A stretch of DNA of 64,000 nt from Daphnia carinata. Its lineage: Eukaryota. Below the pieces are notes generated by a model. That model saw only the letters and a program-made list of their open reading frames with translations, did no database searches and had not been told where the DNA came from. The stretch covers positions 9,734,001 to 9,798,000 of the forward strand of contig NC_081333.1 of NCBI RefSeq assembly GCF_022539665.2, in the 5' to 3' direction. A program made the position numbers and the translations under genes. Below, in pieces: positions 11,769 through 23,900 of this stretch. Within the stretch, counting starts at the first letter, position 1; each line of letters begins with the position of its first letter.

Positions 11769-14700
11769 TTAGGGAGTTATCTCTCCTTCTTCGTCTGCAT
11801 AAGCGTAACTAGAACCAGTTTTGCGGCTAGGTACACTGGTAGTGTTGCCGATAACTTTCTTCTGATGATTCAATTGCGGGAAGAGATCTTTTGATTTTTC
11901 AAGAGCTTCTTTAGCTGCATTCATTTCCGCTTGTTGGATGCTATGCCCGGATGCACTCGCCAATCGAACTCCCCGAAAATAAACAGCAACGGAATAGACC
12001 CGCGTATTGGTGGGACCCTTGCATTCAATCACTTTGTAGACTGGAATGTCCGGCTCACCGCCATCCATTGTGCGCAACGTTAGACAGCATTGTTGAAGTT
12101 TTGATTTAGGGTCATTCCAGTCTTGATGAAGAATGAAATCTTGTAAACGAGGAAAAAAGCAGACCTGACAAAAGGTTTGACAATATTCCAATCCTTTGTC
12201 CACATATAGTGCACCCAAAAAGGCTTCCAGTAGATCGGCCCTGTCTTTTGTTTTAAGTTCCGCTTTTGGACTTGAATAGAGGGCATAATTGGTCATCCCT
12301 AAATCGTCACAAACAACTGCTTGTGTTCGATTATTAACAAGAGAACTTCGTAGCAAAGATAAATGTCCCTCGTGATGTTCCGGGAAGAATTTATAAAGAT
12401 ATTCTGATGCAATCAATTGGAGGACGGTGTCGCCTAGAAACTCCAATCGCTGGTTAGATCCTAGGGTGAGGTTGTTGAAACCAATGCTGCGGTCGGTGAA
12501 CGCGCGTGCAAGAAGTCGAATATGAGTGAACTCTGTTCCAATTGACTCCTCAAATTCAACCATCTTTTGTAATAGTGGAAAGGAAGATATCCATTTACGA
12601 TCACCTCCTAATTCTTGCTCTTGTAATGGGTGAGGTGGATAGTTAACCCAAACGTCCAAAAGGTCTTTTTCATCCATGAAGAGCGTGTTGGAAAATACTT
12701 TGTCAGCCACTGAAATTCCACCATCAAGGAAAAGTGCTCCCATGAGTGCTTCGAAACAATTGGCCATTGCGTGCCTCAGTTCCAAGTCGTGGCACAGGTC
12801 CGAGCCATGGGCATACAGCATAAATTGATCCAGCTGAAGGTTCTTTGGCTAACTGAGCAAGGTGTTGGTTCTGGACAATGGCTGCTCGATAGGTTGCCAA
12901 ACCTCCCTCTTCTAAGTCAGGAAACATGTGATAAAGGTGAATGGAAGCTAAGAATTCGACCACAGCATCTCCGAGGAATTCTAATCTTTCATTGTGAGTG
13001 ATGCTAGACTCCGTCTCCTGTTTTTTGCCAAGACTGTTTCGAACCAAGGCTTCCAGGTAACAACAATCAAATGTAAGTTTTAACTAATTTCAAATCGGGA
13101 CATGATGTTGATCAAAGTATTGATTCCACGTTTTCGAGTGTTCATGTAATGAATACGTCTGTCACCATATTCTGGCTGACGGATGCCACAATTGGTCAAT
13201 GAGTTGCGAGCATGATCCGGATTGGTGCCAAAGTTCTCTCGGTATGAGGGATGAGTAAGAGCAAGCTGTAGCAAATATCGGTTCTTAAAACGATATTTAA
13301 TCCTTTCTTCAAGCACATCTAGTGACTTGTGGAAGCGCAAGTGACAAACTAGAACTGGAAGCAACATTCTGGGGAAAAAACAACGTCACCAAAAGAAAGG
13401 CCATTTTTTAAGTGGTTATTTTTTTCTAATATTCTAGGCACGAAAAGTTACCCGTGTTGAACAACGTCGCACATAATTCCAGTACGATAGAATCCCTGAC
13501 TAGAGACGGCCACCGTTACATCACGTTTCATATTATTTTGAAGTCGCATTTCCTGAAGCCTGTTTTCTTTTGCTTCCAATTTACGCTTGTCTTCAAACGA
13601 GGGCTTTGGCATATTAGCCAACAGGTGTCTAAATTTTACGTAGTCCCGCCATGCCTTTTGATACTCGGGATTACCAGCGTAACTCAACTGAGGCGGCCGT
13701 ATACCAAAATGAACGATCTCCGGGTAGCTAATGACATCAGCTCGTAGTTGGTCGCGATCAAGTTGGTCTACTCTTAATGAACAAGGTTTGGCTCCTGGTT
13801 TCGTGACAATCATTCCTTTTGTAAAATCTGCCATATTTTGCCATTCATGCTAGGAATAGAATTTAGAATTTTAAAACACGTAAAACGAATAATTTAGGTC
13901 ACAGTGAGTCAGCTTATATGGTTCGGTAAGGAAATCATTTTTAAAATTGCACCTGAGGTAATTTGAGCTGGTAACCCAACTCCGTGTCATCTACCACAGG
14001 TACGTTTTGTTGAAACAGATACATTAGTACTTGGTTCATCGACAACATCTCCTTGCCATGATCGGGCAAGTCTCTTACAAAACGAGGAAGGATGTGAAAC
14101 TGTGGACAACCATTGACATCCCCGGCTGCGTGAAGGTTAAAATCGACTAATTCAAGTAACTCGTGAAACAAATATTGACTAAATAACTCCAGTTCCTCAA
14201 TTGTAAAATTATCCGGGACTTTTTCTTTGATGTAGACAATCCTGTAATAATGTATAAAATGTCAATTTTAGGTACGAATATTTATGTTAGAATTACGACA
14301 TTACGTATACTCGATGTTAAAACGAATGACTTTGCAGGTAGGTACTTTGTTAAGTGGATAATGGGACAAAAGCGAGAAACCTTCAAAAATAAACTCGTGT
14401 CCATCGTGATGAATAACCGTCGGTCGTTTTAAGAGGAAATTCGTTGGTGGGGAAATTGTAACTCGATAGTGATGTAAAATGTTCCCATTATTCGAGTTAC
14501 GGTCACAAATCATGGCTGACGATTCTCCTGCGTAAATTCCATGTCGGATGCCAGTTCGACGTGCTTTAAAGCTAAATGGAGATTGTGTTTAGTCTTTTAC
14601 AAGAAAAGATAAAGCTGAAACTAAACTATTCTTAATTTTTCTTTACCTGCAGCGACATAGCGGACCGTCATTCATTTCACCAGGGTCATTATACCACAGC

Positions 14701-15620
14701 TCAGGATGAAGTCGAGCCGGATGCTGTTTTTTTCTTTCCAACTCTTGGAGAACCAAATCGACTTCATCCTCTTCTTCTGACGATGAATCGGAGGTACTTG
14801 AATCAGACTCACAAGTCATTTTGGCTTTCTCTTTACAAGGCCCACCGCAGTGTGAACCGTGTTTCCTAGTCTTGCGAGAAGGATAGTCAAATTTGGGTTG
14901 CATCGTCCGCGCTTCGTCTCCACGTTTAAGAAGGTCATTATTAAACTGATTAATGGTAATCTTCAATTTATCAGTGCCATGCATCAACCGAGGGTTCGCC
15001 ACATCGCGGGTGTAGTAGAGATCGGCAGGTGCACATCTAGTCCATATTTTTCTCTCATTTTCCATGATTTCTTCAGGAGTTATGCTAGAATACTGATCTG
15101 GCTCAGTGATATGTTCCTCTTCGTAAGTAGAATATTGAGACGTCTTTCTATGCTCAGACCTTCCAGTAGCCAAAGAACTCGATCGCGGTACTGCTGGCTT
15201 TTCACTTGCTCTACTGGACGGTGGCCTTTTTGACACTGGCTTGTGGCCTGAATATGGTCCTTGGTGTCTCGAAATCAATGGTTGTGTAGCATGACTCTGC
15301 CCAGGGTTCCAAGCTGGTACATGTTGCTGTAGTGGAAGATATTGACCAGTTGGATAGTGGTTGACTTGAGAATAGCTTGGAGTAAAGGAATCAGGCATTG
15401 GTGGATAACTTGACTGTAGTGCGTGTGGGGCAAGTGCAAAAGGTGGTGGCTGCTGGAATTCACATCCTAACGGCAGAGATGGAGGTGGGATATTCATTTC
15501 ATGGAAAGAAGGTGGAGGAAAATTATAGTGCATGGTAGGAAGGAAATGGTTGGGCTGACTGTAGTGATATCCATTATTAAATGGATATGAAGGCTGCTGA
15601 TTTGTGTTGTGGTCACCCAT
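11769..15620 (-). CDS. drosha: Drosha (class 2 RNase III). Exons 15620-14647, 14571-14305, 14241-13953, 13849-13452, 13368-13096, 13033-11769. Apparent +1 frameshift at ~12845 and a non-canonical donor at 13095
   Basis: Pro-rich N-terminus, HPELWYNDPGEMNDGPLCRCS, LQLALTHPSY, two RNase III signatures (HNERLEFLGDAV, NQRLEFLGDTVL) and a C-terminal dsRBD (DPKSKLQQCCLT...AEMNAAKEAL). Confidence 0.95.
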
Positions 15621-18023
15621 CTATAGCAATAGTTAATGAAAATTTAAAGCCAAATCAAAACCATATTGAAGTACTGAACAGATGGTTGTAGACTCGAAAA
15701 CTGCTGCTTCTCTTTTTCATTTTCAAAATTCTATCGTATGTTTGCTTATTTACGACCCCATAACTCAACCATAATAAAGTGAATTTTTATCCCTTTTTAA
15801 ATTTACTTCTGCAAACTATTATTAATAGAATGTGAAACTAACTGTAATGGTAAATCAATTTTATTTTTTTTACATCTGTTATATTTAAATGCTTTCGGGA
15901 CAGATTAGGCAAAACTTACAGCTTCCGGATAATTTGCTTTATGGGCTTTCTAGCATCTTTACAAAAATAAAAAACAAACTTTCAATTCAACGGAGATTGT
16001 TTGGTTACAGTTGTCACTAAGACACGTTTGTTTATGATTAATAAGTGGGAATTGACATTCTACAGAATGTGGCTACTAAATTTCAATTTGGTTGCGAATT
16101 TCCCCTCCTCTATTACTAACGTCGGCTTTGTACTGCCATCTAGGGACAAAAATCTTAGGATAGATGTCGTGGAAAATTTCGCCTGCATGCATTTGAAGTT
16201 ATGTACTCACTTCGGTTTGTCATCAAGTTAATCTAAGACGTAGGTTATTTGTTATCGTGTATCAGCTATCAGCCATACTCGTGTTTGTTCTTAGTAATTA
16301 CTAACTGTGGTGTCTTGCTTACAGTATGATCAATTATATCAGTGGATTTGACATGGCCCTTGTGATTTTTTCTTCGAAATAAATCACCGTCCTACATGAA
16401 TCTCTCCAAAAGAAACTTCGTGGGAGCAGTACATTTCATTCTTGACTAATCTATACTTGGACCCTCATCGATGTCCTATCTTATCTCTTAAAATCCCAGG
16501 TGACATAGAATGTAATCGCATCGCGAGTTGGGACGCATTCCTCCCAAACTAACTTTATGAGGCTGTCATAGATTTTATACTAAAGAATCCACTTAGACCC
16601 CGACAAGTTTGCCGCACAAACTGCCAAGCTGAATGATTCGTTAAAGCATTAATTGCATAGGAAACATAAAAAAATGTAATATGTACAAGAAAGATCTCCG
16701 TGCAAGGAATTTGTATTTGCATTGAAAGTAAGGAAAAATAATGTGTTTTGATATTTTCTCTTATGCGTGCAAGTTTTAAATTCTTTTTCCGTCCATGACT
16801 GACCCATAGCCATTTTGTCTTATTTCTTTTGGGTTTTTTTCGTAAAGCCAACTACAATGAAATAGATGTTTTCTAAGTAACGTTCAATTTCGTTAAAAAG
16901 AAAGAGACAAAATATTTAAAAACCGTTTCAAAATGTTTTACTATGGCGACGTTCACGTGCAATAGCCTTTTCCCTTTGTTCTTCCTATGAGAGGTGAATC
17001 GAGTTCACGCAATTGTTTCGACAGTTTCTTTTGTCCCTCTCGTAAATTACAAATTCGATAGCCCCGGTCGTTCAGAATGGCTATGTATCAAATATTCTAC
17101 AATTTCAAGTAAAATTTGATTCATGAATCCATGGAATATGGCCAAAATATATGAAATTAAAGTTTAGACTGCGTTTCCCCTTGTCGTGATGAATCATCAG
17201 TTTGTTAGAGGATTAATGTCAAGTGTTATGCGCCTTAGAAAGCATCTTGTTATACCGTTGGACACATTTAGCTCAGAGATAAACTTTATGAAGCGGCGCA
17301 ACAATCCTAAAAAGCTATTGAACCCTTCAAAAAACCGTTCCCCTTTTCTTCTCCGTAGTCTAAACCTTAAAAAGGAAAAGAATCTGACTATTGAAGGATG
17401 CTTGCGCGCTGTGTTGTAAAACTGGAATTTCCCGAAAATCAGCAGACCCAGCAGTCTCCTTCTTGCATGATAGATTCTTTTTTGTGAATAGTGAAAACTG
17501 CCAAACCATCTTACACTTCGGCTTCTCGCCTGATGAGAAGAGTGTTCGCTGTCGAACCATTATTCGTATTAACGTCAAATCCAAAGGAAGAAAGGGAAGG
17601 GAGTCCTGTGATTTCTTCCAGCAGGTGAAAATTAGCCAACATTTTGTGATAAAAATTTTTCTAGAGTGGCCATATTTTTCCGGATTAGAAGGCCTTAACA
17701 AAGAAAAATGTGAGTAGTGTTTTGGTAATTTTGTTCAGAGCACGTCATTGGTTATCCGTAAGCTATCGTCACGAACTGCGATTAGCTCGTAGTTTTATGG
17801 TGATGCATATAAGGCCGGCTCTTTCTTCCGTTAGCAAGTGAACATTCCTTTGTAAGTTTTTGGCTTGGGTGGCTAGGAATATTCTTTCATTTTACATTAA
17901 ACTTAATAGTGGTGTTTCTGGTTTTACATATTAAACAGTGAAATTACAACACTTTTTTCTTTAAATATTCCAGTGATATTTCTTTTACAAGTGCAAGACA
18001 ACAAATAATCCTGTTCATTGGAA

Positions 18024-20068
18024 ATGGCTGTAAACCTAGTCAAGTACAAGGATGAAATGCTTAAAGCCTGGAAAGAAGTTGTTGACGACAAAAATCCAAC
18101 AGATTGGGCCCTATTTAGTTATGATGGACAGTCCTACGATTTGAAGCTTGCCAGTAAAGGAGGTAATATTATTTACTTTATTTTATTTATTTTTTTGCAT
18201 TCATCTTTTGATCCGTTATTGATAGACTAGATGCATGTTCCATTATTACCATGTAAACTTAATTTTTCATTATTCTATTATAACTGTATGTAGATGGAGG
18301 GATTACAGAACTTGCTGAGGACTTAAACAGTTGTAAAATAATGTATGCATTCTGCAGGGTCAAAGACCCTAAAACCAGTCTTCCAAAATATGTCCTTATC
18401 AACTGGGTAATTCCTTTTCAATCACCGTGTATAACAATCACCATTCTAAACTGCCTATTTTTAAGCAAGGTGAGAGTGCACCTGGTATTCGCAAGGGAAC
18501 TTGCACCAATCATTTGGGAGCAATTCAAAAGTTTTTCAAAGGAATTCACGTAACGGTAAACGCACGAACGGAAGACGAGGTCGATGAAGAAGCTATAACA
18601 GATAAAGTGGCCAAATCTACGGGGTCTATTTACAATTTTAGTCGTTTGGAATCCCGGGAGGATGAACCAACTGGCCCTGTTGTAAGTTTACCGCAATTCT
18701 CTTTGTTTAATGAAACCCGACGAATTTATTTGATTTTGTTTAGGGTACTATTTACAAGAGGGTCAATCCCACTCAAGAGATAGACGCAAAAGCCAGAGAT
18801 AGTTTTTGGGCGCAAGAAGAAGAAGAAGAGAAGAAACGTCAAATGGAAGAGCAGCGACGTAAAGAAGAGGAATCTAAGCGTCGCGAGGAAGAATTAAAGA
18901 AAAGAGAGGTTGAACATCCTTCAGTTTTTGTTTCTAAATTTCACATCTAAGTAATTCACATTCTAGATGGAGGGTAGCCGTGCCAGGGAAAATCAGGTGT
19001 TGGCAAGAATGCGAAGCATTTCCGAGCTTCGTCAAGCAGAAGAAAAAGCTAATATTACTTCGGCAGAAGCTGAGAAAGCTAAATGGGCCAAACAAAAGCA
19101 GGATGACGATAAAGATGACGAGGAGCGACGGATGCGTAGTGAGATACTTCGTCGGCAAAGAAATAACGAAGCCCAGTCACTCATTAAGCAACGTAGCATC
19201 GATGCAAAAGCCATTTTTGAACAAAATACTTCAGCTGGTCAACTGTCAATATCAAGGAGAAGCAGCAGTTCAAACATGTCCTCCCCAAGTCCCACCCCGA
19301 GTGCCCCGAGCAAAGTTGGTGCTAAATGGCCACCGTCTCCGAGCTCTGTATCGCCGTCTCCTGCATCTCCAACTCAAGCATCGCCGATCCCTACCGTTGT
19401 TCGGCAAACTTCGATTCAAACCAACTTTTATGCGAACAATTCTTCCAATGGGCACTCCTCTTCTGTATCGTCGCCACCGCCAATGAAAAGCGATTGGATT
19501 CCTGACTCCCCCACCCCAGCTGCGATTGTTCCACCTGCCCCTGAATTCGCTGATCCACCTCCCGAGTTACCCTCATCACCTCCGCCAACCGAACAACTAG
19601 AAACTACCCTTTCACCTGTTGCAGCTATGCCTAACGATGCCAACGAACAAGACTATGAGGATGTAAACTATGAAGAGGAACAAAATTGGGAAACGCAACC
19701 AATAGAGGACGTGAGGGAAACCCAAATGGACAATGTGGTCGAGACTGAAATTAGTAGTTTTGGTATTAGAGCACGCGCACTTTATGATTATCAAGCAGGT
19801 AATTCCGTGATAAATTATATGTCCTTTTTTTATTTACCTTAGCCACCCGCATTCCTCCTTATGACTAGGTGAACCAGGAGAAATATCTTTTGATCCTGGA
19901 GATATCATAACTAATATTGATCAAATTGACGAAGGTAAATGCTCTTCAAGGTTTTAAATTTGTATTTCATAATTAAAGCCATTGTACGGTGTAGGATGGT
20001 GGCAAGGAATCGGTCCAGACGGAACCTACGGGCTGTTCCCAGCCAATTATGTCGAATTGATTGAATGA
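18024..20068 (+). CDS. DBNL: Drebrin-like / actin-binding protein 1 (ADF-H domain, charged helix, Pro-rich region, SH3)
   Basis: ADF-H motifs [11 protein letters not shown] and [22 protein letters not shown]-terminal SH3 [44 protein letters not shown] across GT-AG introns. Confidence 0.93.
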
Positions 20069-20973
20069 ATCAAACATGATTAGCATATCAATACTTTATA
20101 TTGATTTTGATTTTGATCCCCAAAGTATCCTACAATTGGATCGGCACAAAACAAACTTCTGAAACTGGAACATTCTCTATCCATCTTATACATGGTTAAC
20201 ATTCACAAACATTTCCGCGCTGTTTAACATAGCAAAACCTAATCGTGTTTTTGAATTTTACTTGCTTTTTAAATGTTTACTTACACAAAAAGCTCAACTA
20301 ATTACGAATGCCTGGATTTACCATCCATTTCCATCTTTTTCATCCATTATTAAAATGAGCAAACTGTGCAATACAAGGTTCACAAAATCGAAAAACTTAG
20401 GTTCGTTCCAGGTTCTGTCGCATAAATAAAAAATACTTGGTTCATCTGTTTTTTTTTAGTTTTTGCTGTCTCACTACTGACCCGGATTTCCAGTGTGCAT
20501 CAGCAGTCCTTCCTTATTTGTTTTTTATAGTAAACTACTTTTCGGTAGTTGTTCCCTTTTTTTAAAACTTGGCGCCATCGAAGACGCCGCCTTTTGAGAT
20601 GATGGTGCTTATACCCGGTTTACCCAGCAACACTTACTTTGTACCTAGCTTGTAAAATATACCCAAATCGTCCGAAATCGAATACTTTTTGTGAAGGCTT
20701 ACGGGTTACACCACGTATAGCAAACCGGGGCGAAGCTCTCTACCTGCAACAAGTAGTCACACGTTCCAAGCCGCTAGGGGGTACTAGTAAACGATTTTAA
20801 AAAGCGTCTGCCACATGTATAGTGTAGGATGTTTTTATGACAGGTTTTTTATAAATTACTGGAAGATACTTCTTAATAGATCTTTCAGGTTTCATTCGCG
20901 TTGAAGCTTCTATCGACAATGTGAAAAACAGAAAACAAAAGTATAGGTTGTCGAAATCAAAAAAATTTTAACG

Positions 20974-23900
20974 ATGGAGAATGAGCCTGGACACTCTGGC
21001 ATTCGTCAGTGCGCTGTATGTGGAAAATATTCTTCTCGAAGTGATTTTAAAGAGAACTCGTGTCCCCGCTGTTGGAAATGGTTTTTGTTTAATTGTGATG
21101 AATATTTTCACAAAGACAACAAGAACATTTGTTCTAACAACTGTGAGATGGTAGGAATGCTGTTATCTTGCAATTCCTGCCGTTTAAAAAAATTTTTGGA
21201 AACAACCAAGTATAGATGTGGACAAAGACAATGTCTTTCATGTGGATGTAGAACAATTATTAATGATAAAAATCCTCAATGCAGCTGTTGCCGTGTACTA
21301 ACAAAAATAAAATGCACCTGTAACATTAGCACAATACCATGTTCTTGGTGTGTTAACAAATCTTCAAGCAAGAACAACAACAATGTAAATGTGGAGTCTT
21401 TGGTTGTTAATGGAAAGAAATCACTTGAATTACCATCATCCCAAGCTTTGTTGCCTAACTTCACAACAGGGCCTAGCATGTTTGGATACAGGTCCAAGTT
21501 ACCAGTCATTGAATGGACCGAACACTGTGATACAGCACCACAGACAACAATACATATTGATTTGAGTCTCCTCCCTGAAAACCTGCAAGCAAAGGCCAAG
21601 TTACAGGTGCTTGGAAACTGCTATGTGAGGATTCGGGATTTATCGTCAATCGTGCAGAAGAGCAAAAAAGAACAAGAGAAACGGAAAGGGAAAAAACGCT
21701 CGAGAAGTGGCAGCCTTACAAGAAACGAGGAAATCTTTGCAAATGCAAGGATTTCAAGTCAAGGAAATCATGGGAAATTACACAAACAAAAAGCAAGTAA
21801 AGATCGTGATTCTCCAGATTACAGCGTAAGAAATGTTAGTGACACACGATTAATTCTTCGTCTTGGAATGGAACGCCATGATGCAGATGCTGAATCTCAT
21901 GTTGAAGCTTCTCATTACATCGAATCTTGCTCAACTAACAGGGAAAAGTCTGCGTTTCCAAGAAAGAACCATCAAGTAAAAACCAAGTTTCCAGTAGATC
22001 GAAATAATTTTGCAGCTGGTCAAGGATCAAAATCTGATGCCAAGATCAATGGCGATTCGTCTGAGCGAACGGTTGTCGACAAAGCCTCACAGACTGAACC
22101 ATTACCTGAGATCGAGTGCCTTCAACGTCGAATTACCGAGCTTGAATTGATCATCGCAGCATCCCGTTCATGTCTTACGCCTTCGCCGCTTGGTGCACTT
22201 GCGCCAGAAAAGTACCAATGATAATTTGCTTTTATTGTTTAATTATGCAAAAATTAATTTTAACGTTCCGTTTATTTCCACTGTCTTAGAAGTTCCATTG
22301 ATCCAACAATGACATTGTCAACCCCACCGAATTCCGATTCCGGTTCAAACACAAGGAATGAAACCCCTGTAAAGTCACCGTGTGTTTTGGTTAATCGCCT
22401 GACAAACGATGTTTTAAAACATTACGGCATCAATCGAAATTCATCGGTATCGCCTACGGAAGAGCCACGACCAAAGAAACGACCTCGTCTAAATTCAGTT
22501 GATGCTGAGCATCGTTCCTTCAGGAAGTCAGATAAAAAAAATGGTGGAACTAAAAAAGTGTTTGAGTTGTTTGGTAATGACAGCGAAGAAGATATTCCTG
22601 CATCGAAAGATGATGTAGGAACAAATAAGTCACAGCCATTTGATTTCGACGGACTTGATTACGATGACGAAGATAAGGAATCACCACCAAGCAAAAATTG
22701 CAATGATGAAAGCCAACAAATGAATAAACGTGAAAAGACCAGCGAAATGGATCGTCATGATAAGTCTTCAAAAGGCGAAAAAAAAGAGAAAAACTCCGAA
22801 AAGGATAAACGCAAGGAGAAGGAGCGGAAGAAAAAAGAAAACCAAAAATCAAAAACTAGTGGCATTCCTAAACCTTCGAAAGCGTTAAAGGAAAAAGGGC
22901 AAAAGGAAACAACCAAATCTCAAAAAAATCAAACGGCTATAGTGAACTCGAACAAGTTCCGAATCCCCAAATTAACAGCTCCAGCAACCGTCGGTTTGCC
23001 ATCTTTATTGCAAAAGAATCTTGATCTAGCATTAAAAACTCCCACATCATCGTTATTGGAAGAAGGGATGTCGTCTCTTACGCCAGAACCAGAACCCGTC
23101 AAGAACTCAGTTGTGAAATCGAACGAGCTTCCTCAGGTTACATCTAACATAGAAAATACCATTGAACCCCTCGTATCAACTTCCTCCTTTGAACTGACTG
23201 GCAAAGTAGCTCCTCCAATTCTCTGTATTGTGCCGAAAAATCGGAATAACAAATCCGTAAATTTTTCCGAGCAGCTTGCGACAATTCGAAGTATAAGCCC
23301 GCGTACTCAGTTACACGATCATGAGCAAGTTCCTGATGATTCGTCCCGTGAAAACTACATTCCCACTATACTTCAAGATCTTCATTACGTTCCGAAATCG
23401 TCCCCGAGGGAGCCCGTCAAAGGAATTAGGCCATTGTAAATTTCCATTTTTTTATACAAGATATTATGCAAATTTTATTTCCGCTAATAATTTTCTATTA
23501 TTTCTTTTTACTCTTTGTCGTCATAGCCATCCACCTGTACGCAAGATCGACGACGAAAAGCATAAATCGCTTCCTCAAGAGCGAGGAGGAAGGCGGTTTA
23601 TCTACTCAAGTTCAAGTTCGAGCAATTCATCTGATACCGAGTCGTCAGAAGACGAATCAAAAGAGGAAAATGAATCTATTTTCTACTATGAGAAATCAAC
23701 GAGCCAAACTTCCGCGTTAACTGCTACAATATGCCCCATGGAGAACCAACCAATAAGCAACGGCACTTCTGCTATCCAACAAAATGGGAGTGTCCTTGGT
23801 ATGAGTTACATTGGACAGGAAACTATTGAACGAGCATGTTTGTCGACCACTGGATCTATTGCATCAGATACTCTGAGTACCAAAGCTCAACGCGCACTAA

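Noticed and set aside
17531..17560. CTGATGA hammerhead-like core
   Set aside because: No paired stem II followed by GAAA. Other CTGATGA hits I checked also lacked it.
16240..17720. Small gene between Drosha and DBNL
   Set aside because: Short ORFs with no recognisable motifs and no consistent exon chain.
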